The translations under genes were made by a program, and so were the position numbers. The notes below the pieces were generated by a model. The model had not been told where the DNA came from, did not search any database, and worked only from the letters and a program-made list of their open reading frames with translations. Positions 9,892-18,916 of a stretch of DNA of 64,000 nt are shown here, piece after piece. The DNA lies in IMG/VR virus record IMGVR_UViG_3300030294_000005, positions 172,185-236,184 of that record; one strand, 5' to 3'. Position 1 is the stretch's first letter, and every line of letters starts with the position of its first letter.

Positions 9892-10158
9892 ATGAAAGAG
9901 GATATTAAAGAATTATTAATAGAGAATGAAGAATTACGTAAATTATATAATATTGATGTTATTTTCAAAAAATGTATTGATGTTGCAGATAAAACTAATA
10001 TGAATATTAAAGAAGCTTTAATCTTTACTTTAATTAAAGTATTTGAAGTTAAGAAAATATTATATGATAATATGATTAAGATTACTTTAGAATCTAATTT
10101 AAAATTTAAATTAGATAAGGATGCTAAATTTGTAAAATTAGAAGAGGAGAGTAAATAG
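9892..10158 (+). CDS. hypothetical protein
   Basis: AAGGAG RBS. Confidence 0.6.
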   Translation: MKEDIKELLIENEELRKLYNIDVIFKKCIDVADKTNMNIKEALIFTLIKVFEVKKILYDNMIKITLESNLKFKLDKDAKFVKLEEESK

Positions 10159-10746
10159 ATGAAGATAGATTATGCTACTATAATGATTATATTAACCATT
10201 ATTCTAGTTCCTATAATAGTTCCTACATTAATTTTATGGTTAACCCATATAACTATGACCAAAGATTATTCTGAGAAATGGGCTTGGGGTAGTTTTAAGT
10301 CATTTAAAATTCAATTTGAAAAAAGTAATATGAAAAAAAATGAGTATCCTTTAGGAGGATACTCTAGCGGATTTGATTGTAAATGTGAATTTAATTTAGG
10401 TATTATAAAATTTAATTATATAGGAATGTTACTCAATCCTATAGATTATATTAGAGCTGCATTGTATATCAAATCATTACCTAAAACTATACCTGATACT
10501 TTTGATTGGGAAGAATTTAAAAAGGTATATTATATTATACTTATTAAAGATCATGAGCATCCTAAATATATACAGGTTTTAGATAATGGATATTTAATAA
10601 CACCAGAGATTTGTGATTCTACAAGATATACTTATAAGTATGATGCCGAAAAAGAATTAGATATAGTATCAGAAATATTTAAAAATAGAACATTTGAAAT
10701 AATGGATATAGATGGATATCTTAGTAGAGTGGATAGTTCGATATAA
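10159..10746 (+). CDS. hypothetical membrane-anchored protein
   Basis: N-terminal TM segment; terminator at about 10745-10768. Confidence 0.6.
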   Translation: MKIDYATIMIILTIILVPIIVPTLILWLTHITMTKDYSEKWAWGSFKSFKIQFEKSNMKKNEYPLGGYSSGFDCKCEFNLGIIKFNYIGMLLNPIDYIRAALYIKSLPKTIPDTFDWEEFKKVYYIILIKDHEHPKYIQVLDNGYLITPEICDSTRYTYKYDAEKELDIVSEIFKNRTFEIMDIDGYLSRVDSSI

Positions 10747-10787
10747 AATGGGTTATTCAACCCATTTTTATTTTTTATTATAATGAT

Positions 10788-10799
10788 AACTATTAAATA
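10788..10799 (+). promoter_or_regulatory. AACT-N6-TA promoter variant upstream of the RecA operon
   Basis: AACTattaaaTA between terminator and RBS. Confidence 0.5.
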
Positions 10800-10825
10800 A
10801 CCAATATATTTAGGAGGGATATAAT

Positions 10826-11131
10826 ATGAGTAATAATTCAGATCTTGAAACAGTTACTATGGAATTAATAGAATCTGACAAACTTACAAAAAATAGTAAT
10901 GTCTATCCAGCTTCAATTTTAGATAATAATAAAGAACTTCATTCTATAATAACACCTGTTATTACAAAACATAATATAGAAAAGTTATTTATACTAAATA
11001 AAGATTCTGTTAAAGATATTGAAGATATTAAAAATATCTTAGACTTTATTATTAAAACATTAAATATACGATCAGGTGATGGAACTACATTATATGGTTT
11101 AAGTGAAATAATACAATATTTAAAACAATAA
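10826..11131 (+). CDS. hypothetical protein
   Basis: AGGAGG RBS. Confidence 0.6.
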   Translation: MSNNSDLETVTMELIESDKLTKNSNVYPASILDNNKELHSIITPVITKHNIEKLFILNKDSVKDIEDIKNILDFIIKTLNIRSGDGTTLYGLSEIIQYLKQ

Positions 11132-11145
11132 AGGAGGAAATATAT

Positions 11146-12396
11146 ATGCCATCATTATTAGCAGAGAATTTTAGAACGGCAGTTTCTAAACTCAAAGATT
11201 ATCGTATGAAAGTTGAAACAGAACATTCTGTAGGATATTCTACAGGATTTTTAAGTTTTGATTTTACTAATGGTACAGTTGTTCATGTAAACTCAAAGGA
11301 AAAGAAATTCGATTATTATTCTATAGGAATTACAGATGGGTCTATGGTAATGGTAATAGGAAGAGCTGGTTGCGGTAAAACTACATGGGTAGTACAAGCG
11401 GCTGCAAATATTATAAGAGCTTTCAAAACATCATGCATATTTCATGATGATATTGAAGGTGGTATAAATGATTCAAGAACTGAATTACTTACAAAATTTC
11501 ATGGAGATGAATTAAAAGATAAATATATTCATAGGAATACTGGTATAACAGCAGAAAACTTCTATGAAAGAATAAAGATAGTTCATGATATGAAAATTAA
11601 TAATAGATCTGATTATGAATATGATACAGGTCTTTATGATAGTTCAGGAAATAGAATATTTAAACTAGATCCTACAGTATATATATTAGATTCTTTAGCA
11701 TTATTAATGCCAGAGCAGTATACAACTGAGGACGAATTATCTGGACAGATGTCTGCTACATCAACAGCTAGAGCCAATGCTAGTATCTTTAAGAGAATAG
11801 TTCCAATGCTAAAATCTGCAAATATAATTTTATTTGTAATTAATCATATAAATCAAAAGATTGAGATAAGTGCATTCTCTAGAACTAAATCTCAAGTTAG
11901 TTATTTAAAACAGGGTGAAACACTTCCAGGAGGAAATGCTCCAATCTATTTAGCTAATAATATGATAAGAGTAGATGATCATAGTAAGTTAAAAGAATCA
12001 GAAGGTTTTGGTATTGCTGGAACATTAGTAGACTTTACTTTAGTTAAATCAAGAACTAATAGAGCTGGTAGTGTTGCTACCTTAGTATTTGATCAAGAAA
12101 ATGGTTACGATGAAGAGTTATCATTATTCTTCCTATTAAAAGAAGCAGGTAAGATTAATGGTGCAGGAGTTGGTTTATACTTAGGAGATAGAAATGATGT
12201 TAAGTTCTCACAGAAGAGCTTTAAAGATAAGATAGCCAAACATGATGATATAAAACAATTATTTATGGAAGAAGTAATAGTAGTATTAAAAGGAATATTA
12301 GAAAGTCAAGGATCTAATAATAGTGAAACAGAAACCCGTTCTGATTTAGAATTGACCGATACTATTCTAAATATGATAAATGAAGAAGCAGCTTAA
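11146..12396 (+). CDS. RecA/UvsX-like recombinase
   Basis: STGFLSFD N-terminal motif, Walker A GRAGCGKTT, DIEGG, Walker B ILDSLALL, FVINHI, LPGGNA, VKSR. Confidence 0.9.
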   Translation: MPSLLAENFRTAVSKLKDYRMKVETEHSVGYSTGFLSFDFTNGTVVHVNSKEKKFDYYSIGITDGSMVMVIGRAGCGKTTWVVQAAANIIRAFKTSCIFHDDIEGGINDSRTELLTKFHGDELKDKYIHRNTGITAENFYERIKIVHDMKINNRSDYEYDTGLYDSSGNRIFKLDPTVYILDSLALLMPEQYTTEDELSGQMSATSTARANASIFKRIVPMLKSANIILFVINHINQKIEISAFSRTKSQVSYLKQGETLPGGNAPIYLANNMIRVDDHSKLKESEGFGIAGTLVDFTLVKSRTNRAGSVATLVFDQENGYDEELSLFFLLKEAGKINGAGVGLYLGDRNDVKFSQKSFKDKIAKHDDIKQLFMEEVIVVLKGILESQGSNNSETETRSDLELTDTILNMINEEAA

Positions 12397-12406
12397 AAAA
12401 ATAGAT

Positions 12407-12419
12407 AATCATATATTAT
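12407..12419 (+). promoter_or_regulatory. Putative early promoter AATCATATATTAT upstream of nvRNAP beta-C
   Basis: One-mismatch motif followed by a hairpin at about 12420-12452. Confidence 0.6.
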
Positions 12420-12486
12420 ATATCTGATAGAAGTTATGAATCTATCAGATATTTACATATTCTTAGTGTGAAGGGATGATTATGAT

Positions 12487-14670
12487 ATGGCAGATCCAAG
12501 TTTAATTAATAACGTTTTAGAAGCAGGAAAAAGATTAACATCAAAAGAACAAATGTTAGGTAAAGGATTGAATATGCCTTTTAACGCTCTAAATTCAGGA
12601 GCAAGAAAAATAATGTTTTCTACACAGATGGATCATCGTGTAGATTTGTTTAACCCAGAAGCCCCATTAATAAGCACGGGGTATGAAAATAGATTTGGTG
12701 AATATACATCTTCTTTTATCAAATCTGATAGTAGATATATGGTAATTGCTAAGATAGAAAAATTCTCTCATCTTCCAGGGCATCATTATTATTTAGTGTT
12801 AAAGAAGTTTGATAGTGATGAATATGAAATTATTGAGAGAGTAATGTATGAGCATGTTACTGAAGCTTACGGATATCTATATAATACAAAATATATGGAT
12901 CATCTAAAGATTGGAAGTATAGTAGAAACTAATGATGTTATACGAAAAAGCACATCATATGATGAATATGATAATAGAATGGATGGGGTTAATTTAATAA
13001 CAACATATCTATCTAATGAAGATACAAAAGAAGATGGAATTGTAGTAGCAAGGTCTGTAACTGAAAAGTTAGCATGTCCATTAATTAAGACTATCCAAAT
13101 AATAATCAATGATAATGATATACCACTTAATATGTATGGCGATGATAATATATATAAAATAATGCCAGATATAGGAGAGAGCATAAAGAAGGGTATATTG
13201 TGTGCTATGAGAAGAGAGAAAAAAGAAGAATCATTATTTAATCAATCTCTTCAACATCTTCAATCATTAATGATGTCAGATGATAAGTTTATAGCAAAAG
13301 GACAAATTATAGATATAGATGTATACTGTAATAATCCTGAGATATTAAAAGAATCATACTATGCTACACAAATAAAATATTATAGTGATAATAGTTTTAG
13401 ATTTATGAATGATATTGTAAATGTTATTAAACCTATAATAGAAGATAATGTTAATAAGTGTAGTTATGAATTACAGAAAATATATTATGATTGTAAGAAG
13501 ATAGTAGTAGATGGGAAGAAGTATATAAAAGATAAACCATTCTCTAATACTATAATAAATATAACTATATTAGAGAAGAGTGTATTAGCAGTAGGAGATA
13601 AGATATCTAATAGATATGGTGGTAAAGGAGTAGTTTCTAAGATAAGAGAAGATGATCTAATGCCATTATTAAAAGATACAGGTGAGAGGGTTGAAGTAAT
13701 ATTTAATTCAGCAACATGTATAAATAGAGAAAATATAGGTCAATTATTTGAGACATCGCTAAACGATATATCTAATAAATTACTTCATTATATGGAGAAT
13801 GTATTAGATACAGATGAATGTAATGAGATGTATAGAGATTTGGTTTATTTAACTAATAGGGAACAAGGCGAGAAGGTAGATGAATTATTATCTAGATTAT
13901 CTCCTGAAGAACAGCATTATTTCTTTGACTCTGTAATATCAGATAGTGGCATAATGCTTAGTATGAAACCTATAAGTGATCCAATGAATATTGATATGCT
14001 GTCTGCAATATATGATAAATTTCCTTATATAAAACAGCATAAGGTAACAGTGCCACAAAGGGATTCTAATGGTAATGTAAGATATCTAGAAACTAGAAGA
14101 AGATTGACTTGTGGAAAACAATATATCTATAGATTAAAACAATATGCTGAAGAAAAGTTTAGTGCGACTTCACTTTCTTCAACAAATATAAGAAATGAAA
14201 ATAGTAGAAGCTCTGCTAAAAAATCTTATAAAACAATATTTACAAAAACTCCAATAAGATTTGGAGAAATGGAATCTGGAAACTTATTACATCTTGGTGC
14301 AGAAAATGTAGTTATTAACTTATTACTATATTCCGCATCTCCTAAAGGAAGAAGACTTGCTGAAGAATTATTAATTGGTAATCCGTTTGATATAAATGTT
14401 AAATTGGACGACCAATCTACAAATAGAGGTGTTGAAATTCTTAATGCATATTTATTAACAATGGGATTAAGAATAGAATTTGTAAAAACACAAAAAACTA
14501 AAAAAGCACCTATTAAGTTTACACCTATTATAGTTCCAGCAAATAGAACTCCAATACGATTTGTTAATCCAGATGATAAGATGATTAAAGAGTATCTAGA
14601 TAATTTTGGTAAGAAATCAAAATCACCTATTAAATTTGTTCCAATATCATTTGTAGGAAGGACTGATTAA
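12487..14670 (+). CDS. Non-virion RNA polymerase beta subunit, C-terminal half
   Basis: NSGARKIMFSTQ, EDGIVV, GDKISNRYGGKGVVS, RENIGQLFE, YIYRLKQ, PIRFGEME. Confidence 0.92.
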   Translation: MADPSLINNVLEAGKRLTSKEQMLGKGLNMPFNALNSGARKIMFSTQMDHRVDLFNPEAPLISTGYENRFGEYTSSFIKSDSRYMVIAKIEKFSHLPGHHYYLVLKKFDSDEYEIIERVMYEHVTEAYGYLYNTKYMDHLKIGSIVETNDVIRKSTSYDEYDNRMDGVNLITTYLSNEDTKEDGIVVARSVTEKLACPLIKTIQIIINDNDIPLNMYGDDNIYKIMPDIGESIKKGILCAMRREKKEESLFNQSLQHLQSLMMSDDKFIAKGQIIDIDVYCNNPEILKESYYATQIKYYSDNSFRFMNDIVNVIKPIIEDNVNKCSYELQKIYYDCKKIVVDGKKYIKDKPFSNTIINITILEKSVLAVGDKISNRYGGKGVVSKIREDDLMPLLKDTGERVEVIFNSATCINRENIGQLFETSLNDISNKLLHYMENVLDTDECNEMYRDLVYLTNREQGEKVDELLSRLSPEEQHYFFDSVISDSGIMLSMKPISDPMNIDMLSAIYDKFPYIKQHKVTVPQRDSNGNVRYLETRRRLTCGKQYIYRLKQYAEEKFSATSLSSTNIRNENSRSSAKKSYKTIFTKTPIRFGEMESGNLLHLGAENVVINLLLYSASPKGRRLAEELLIGNPFDINVKLDDQSTNRGVEILNAYLLTMGLRIEFVKTQKTKKAPIKFTPIIVPANRTPIRFVNPDDKMIKEYLDNFGKKSKSPIKFVPISFVGRTD

Positions 14671-14671
14671 A

Positions 14672-16960
14672 ATGAATGACATAATAAGGAAAGTTTTAGA
14701 TGAAGTAAGACAAGGGAATAAAACTTTTCTTACTGATTTAGAAACTATGAGTAAGATAAACTCATATGTAGAAATGGTAATAAAATCAAATACACATTCC
14801 AATGATGATATAGAAAATATGAAAGGTATGTTAGAGATTTCTAACATACTTTTTAATAACACAGATAGAGATTTTATATTATTAGAGGATGGGGTATATG
14901 ATTTATTAATTGAAAAATGTAAAAAATATGATCCAAATTATTTAGTAGGAGCAAAACCTGTTTATTTTGCTCCTACAAATAATGACTCATTGACTAAACT
15001 AAAATCAAAAGTTATAAGATTTGTTGATCAAGATAAGATAGATGATATGTTATATGGAAATGATATATTCAAATATGAAGAAATAAAAAGAACTGATATA
15101 TTGAAGAGTCCAATAACATTTAAGAATACTGATGTGATAGCTAAGAGAGTAGTAAATACAAAACATAACTATCCAAAATTAGTAGGGACTTTAGATAAGG
15201 GTAAATTTGTATTAAGTTCTCAAGCAAAAGAAAAAGGTGTATATGATGATAATAATGTAAAAATATTAGAAAGGGATTTCTTTAAGAAACATATAGATGA
15301 TGGAATCTTAGATCCAAATAGAAAGTTCTATATAGTTGCAGAATTAAAATATGATGGAATTTCTGTTGAAGGAGATGTTACAAATCAGATAGAAGGAGGA
15401 AGAACTAGAGGAGATACAAATGAAGATATTGCAGCTGACCTAACTCCTATATTAAGAGGTTATAGATTTAGATATGCTCCAATGATAGATGAAGCTTTTG
15501 GGATGAAATTTGAAGCTATAATGACTCATAATAATTTAGCAAAATATAATGTAATCAAACAGAAAGATTATAAGAATTGTAGAACTGCTATCTCTGGATT
15601 ATTTGCATCGTCTGATGCTCCACAGTTTAGAGACTTTATAACATTAGTACCTTTAGCAACTTCTATAGAAGACATTGATAGACTTTCTGAAATAGAATTT
15701 ATGAATAAGTATTACAATTCTGGAGAAAGATTAAGATATTCAGTATTGTATGGTAACTATGTAGATATACTATTTCAGATAAAGAAATTTGTAGAAGAGG
15801 CAGAATATCTTAGACCATATATGCCTTTCATGTATGATGGAGTAGTGATATCTTATATAGAACCAGATCTCATAGATAAACTTGGAAGAGTAAATTCTGT
15901 TAATAAATATTCAATGGCAGTAAAATTTAATCCACTTAAGAAACAAGCAATATTTATAGAATACAGATATACCGTAGGCCAAGATGGTGTAATAACTCCT
16001 ATGATTTATTATACTGCAGTAGAGTTTTATGGCACAACACACAATCATTCTTCTGGTCATTCATATGAAAGATTTAGAACTTTGGCTTTAAGAAAAGGTG
16101 ATATAATAGATGTAGAATATGTGAATGATGTTATGCCATATGTATCAAAACCAGATAATTCACATAATCTAGAAAATACAAATCCAGTTGAAGTATTTCC
16201 TACAAAATGTCCTTCATGCGGAATAGTGCTAGAAATATCTGAATCAGGTAAATCTGCATTATGTTCTAATATGGCATGTAAGCAAAGAAATATAGCTAGA
16301 ATAGTGAGTATGTTAAAGAAATTAAATGTTAAAGATTTCTCAGATGCTTATTTGTTACAGATAGGTAAATATACATTATCGGATATGATGAATCTATCTG
16401 TAGATGAAATACAATTCTTAGGAGAGATTACTTCACAAAAGTTTATAGAAAGAATGAATCAATTAAAATTACAACCTATATATGATTATAAGATTATAGG
16501 AAGTCTTGGATTTACAGATATAGGTGTTAGAAAATGGAAGTTAATATTAAATAAATATACATTAGATGAGATACTATCTTTTACAGAAGAGCAACTAAGA
16601 GATGCTTTATTAAATATAAAAGGTATAGGTCCAGCTACTGTAGATACTATAGTATCAGAATTTAAATTCTTTAAGGCAGATATAGATACTATACTTAAGA
16701 TGCCTAATATACTAAAGTCTAAAGGAGTTAAGTCGGGTAAGTCTATAAGATTTACTGGATTTAGAAATGAAGAATTAGTAAATACTTTAAATGATATGGG
16801 ATATGATGCAAATGGAGATAGTGGTGTTACAAAATCAACAGATATATTATTAGTTCCATTTGAAGGTTACACTAGTCCTAAGACAGTTAAAGCATCAGCT
16901 AATAATATTATGATAATTCCTATAAATGATTTTACTAATAATATGGATAAGTATTTATAA
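14672..16960 (+). CDS. ligA: NAD-dependent DNA ligase
   Basis: ELKYDG adenylation motif, TRGD, DGVV, AVKF, VGQDGVITP, Cys4 Zn finger, HhH KGIGPA, BRCT-like IRFTG. Confidence 0.93.
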   Translation: MNDIIRKVLDEVRQGNKTFLTDLETMSKINSYVEMVIKSNTHSNDDIENMKGMLEISNILFNNTDRDFILLEDGVYDLLIEKCKKYDPNYLVGAKPVYFAPTNNDSLTKLKSKVIRFVDQDKIDDMLYGNDIFKYEEIKRTDILKSPITFKNTDVIAKRVVNTKHNYPKLVGTLDKGKFVLSSQAKEKGVYDDNNVKILERDFFKKHIDDGILDPNRKFYIVAELKYDGISVEGDVTNQIEGGRTRGDTNEDIAADLTPILRGYRFRYAPMIDEAFGMKFEAIMTHNNLAKYNVIKQKDYKNCRTAISGLFASSDAPQFRDFITLVPLATSIEDIDRLSEIEFMNKYYNSGERLRYSVLYGNYVDILFQIKKFVEEAEYLRPYMPFMYDGVVISYIEPDLIDKLGRVNSVNKYSMAVKFNPLKKQAIFIEYRYTVGQDGVITPMIYYTAVEFYGTTHNHSSGHSYERFRTLALRKGDIIDVEYVNDVMPYVSKPDNSHNLENTNPVEVFPTKCPSCGIVLEISESGKSALCSNMACKQRNIARIVSMLKKLNVKDFSDAYLLQIGKYTLSDMMNLSVDEIQFLGEITSQKFIERMNQLKLQPIYDYKIIGSLGFTDIGVRKWKLILNKYTLDEILSFTEEQLRDALLNIKGIGPATVDTIVSEFKFFKADIDTILKMPNILKSKGVKSGKSIRFTGFRNEELVNTLNDMGYDANGDSGVTKSTDILLVPFEGYTSPKTVKASANNIMIIPINDFTNNMDKYL

Positions 16961-16976
16961 AAAAGGAGGTGTATTA

Positions 16977-17303
16977 ATGGATTATAAAAAGGCAAGTGAA
17001 ATATTAACACAAGCTATTAATTATGACGAAGAAGGCAGAGTAGGAAAAGATAATTGGATATTAGGAACAGAAGATATTGAGGTTATTAAAATAGCAATTG
17101 AAGCACTTAAAAAATCAAAAGAGATATCAATATCAGATGCAATGAATATAATTAAAAATGCTTTAAAAGAAGATAAAACAGAAGGTAGTTATTATTATTC
17201 ATGGCAAAGTAATATTGCTTGTTCAATCATGGATAATTCAAATTTAGAGCATGATAAAGCTAATGAAATATCTATCAAATTTTTAGAATCGTTGATAAGA
17301 TAG
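16977..17303 (+). CDS. hypothetical protein
   Basis: AGGAGGT RBS places the start at MDYKK (16977) rather than 16926. Confidence 0.6.
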   Translation: MDYKKASEILTQAINYDEEGRVGKDNWILGTEDIEVIKIAIEALKKSKEISISDAMNIIKNALKEDKTEGSYYYSWQSNIACSIMDNSNLEHDKANEISIKFLESLIR

Positions 17304-17352
17304 TATATATTTTATGGTAAATATCTATAAAAAAGTGGAGGAAAGATATTAA

Positions 17353-17493
17353 ATGGGTGGTAGATATGAGGTCAGATTTGAAGACAAAAAACAGTTAGAT
17401 GGTTATATGTCAACATATACAAATAGTTGGTTTGAGTTTATGAAATTAAGGCTTATTAAAAAAGTAATTTATTATAAGGTTTTTATTTCATAA
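17353..17493 (+). CDS. small hypothetical protein (46 aa; not in ORF track)
   Basis: GGAGG RBS; MGGRYEVRFEDKK...KKVIYYKVFIS. Confidence 0.55.
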   Translation: MGGRYEVRFEDKKQLDGYMSTYTNSWFEFMKLRLIKKVIYYKVFIS

Positions 17494-17566
17494 TTCGAAT
17501 ATATTATAAAGTATAATAAACTTATTGATTGGGAATAAGTACTATTTATAAATTTACAAACTATTA

Positions 17567-17590
17567 AACATAATTATAATTATATATTAT
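17567..17590 (+). promoter_or_regulatory. Overlapping AACA-N6-TA and AATTATATATTAT promoters
   Basis: AACAtaattaTA at 17567-17578 and AATTATATATTAT at 17578-17590. Confidence 0.6.
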
Positions 17591-17631
17591 TATTATGTAT
17601 AAAAATAATATTATAAATTTCAAGGAGGAAT

Positions 17632-18228
17632 TTGATTATGAATTTTAACGAATCTACAATACCAATGATTTATGCACAGAAGATGGGTGAAGCAGACCTC
17701 GATTGGGATGCTAATTGGACAAGAAAAATTTATGAAGTTGTAGTAACAGGAATATCTGACTTTTTGGCTTTAGCTAAAAGTAAAAATAATAAGGTTGCAG
17801 TTGCAGTAAGGGATCTAAAAGGTAATTTCTTAATGGGTGCTATCGTAGAATATCATAGTAATGAGAATGAAGATATGCCAGGAAATTGGTCATATGAGTT
17901 TTCATTTGATGAGAAAGATTTGGAAGGGGCTACAGTATACTTAACTACTGATACACAGTTCCAGAAACAGTTATCGGCAACAGCTTATAACCTTCATAGG
18001 ATTCAGTTTGAGATGGAAATACACATAGAAACCATTATTGAATTATGCGTTTCTATATTAAAGCAATGGCTTGATATGAATGCTAAAGAAGCTGAAGAAG
18101 TAAACATAGAGCTTATTGGTTATTTTGTAGCATCTGTTGCAATTGAAAATGGAGAAAAAGTAATAGCTATTATACCTGATGGAGCAATGAAACGTCTTAT
18201 TAAAGATGATGCAGCTCTAGAGGAGTAA
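17632..18228 (+). CDS. hypothetical acidic protein
   Basis: AAGGAGG RBS; first gene of the nvRNAP beta-N operon. Confidence 0.75.
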   Translation: MIMNFNESTIPMIYAQKMGEADLDWDANWTRKIYEVVVTGISDFLALAKSKNNKVAVAVRDLKGNFLMGAIVEYHSNENEDMPGNWSYEFSFDEKDLEGATVYLTTDTQFQKQLSATAYNLHRIQFEMEIHIETIIELCVSILKQWLDMNAKEAEEVNIELIGYFVASVAIENGEKVIAIIPDGAMKRLIKDDAALEE

Positions 18229-18241
18229 TAATTAAACTCGT

Positions 18242-18916
18242 ATGTTTTTGCATACGAGTTTATTTTTAATAAAAAGGTGGATGATTATATATATGGACAA
18301 AGCGAGAATAAATAATAAAATATATGATATCATTACTGATGACGAATATAAGAATAATAAGAATTTGTATGATCCTTCATTCACTGCAATAAAGAAAGAA
18401 GGAACAATATATCCGTTAAGAAAAAAGAAAGATACAAGTCCAGGGTACTATGATTTAGGAGTAATAGGATTTTATGTTTCTCCATCAGATGATGAAAAAG
18501 ATTTATATAATAGTATAAATAGTATAAACTTTTCTGACTCTAAATCTATTAAAGATATAATAGAGAAGAGTGATAACTTAAAAGAAATTGAAAAAGATAT
18601 ATTAACTACAGCAGATAATATATTTATTCCTAAGATAAAAGAAAACGATGAACCTGAAATGATTGCACTTAAGGAGTCAGTCATTTCTAAGAATATAGAC
18701 ATTGGTAATTACGAACATAGGTTTGGAGGAAAATATAATAATGATATCAGAATTTTTCAAGACAATAGTATAACTTTATTTAAGTTAAAGAAATTTGCTG
18801 ATGCATTAGACTTGAAGTGTACATTAACAATAGAAGATAAAAATCCAGATGTTGCAAATCCTATGAATAGAGCTGTGACAGTTGTATTAAACGATGGAGA
18901 TGATATTGATGAATGA
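18242..18916 (+). CDS. hypothetical protein (possible C-terminal HTH-like segment)
   Basis: Real start probably MDKAR (about 18293); ITLFKLKKFADALDL resembles the end of an Xre-type HTH. Confidence 0.6.
   Translation: MFLHTSLFLIKRWMIIYMDKARINNKIYDIITDDEYKNNKNLYDPSFTAIKKEGTIYPLRKKKDTSPGYYDLGVIGFYVSPSDDEKDLYNSINSINFSDSKSIKDIIEKSDNLKEIEKDILTTADNIFIPKIKENDEPEMIALKESVISKNIDIGNYEHRFGGKYNNDIRIFQDNSITLFKLKKFADALDLKCTLTIEDKNPDVANPMNRAVTVVLNDGDDIDE

Noticed and set aside
14245-14275. TPIRF in TKTPIRFGEME counted as an instance of the shared motif
   Set aside because: It is the conserved RpoB GQRFGEME element, so it is excluded. Internal matches in portal (APIQF) and terminase (SPIIF) are likewise probably core strands or chance, and show that the motif needs statistical testing.
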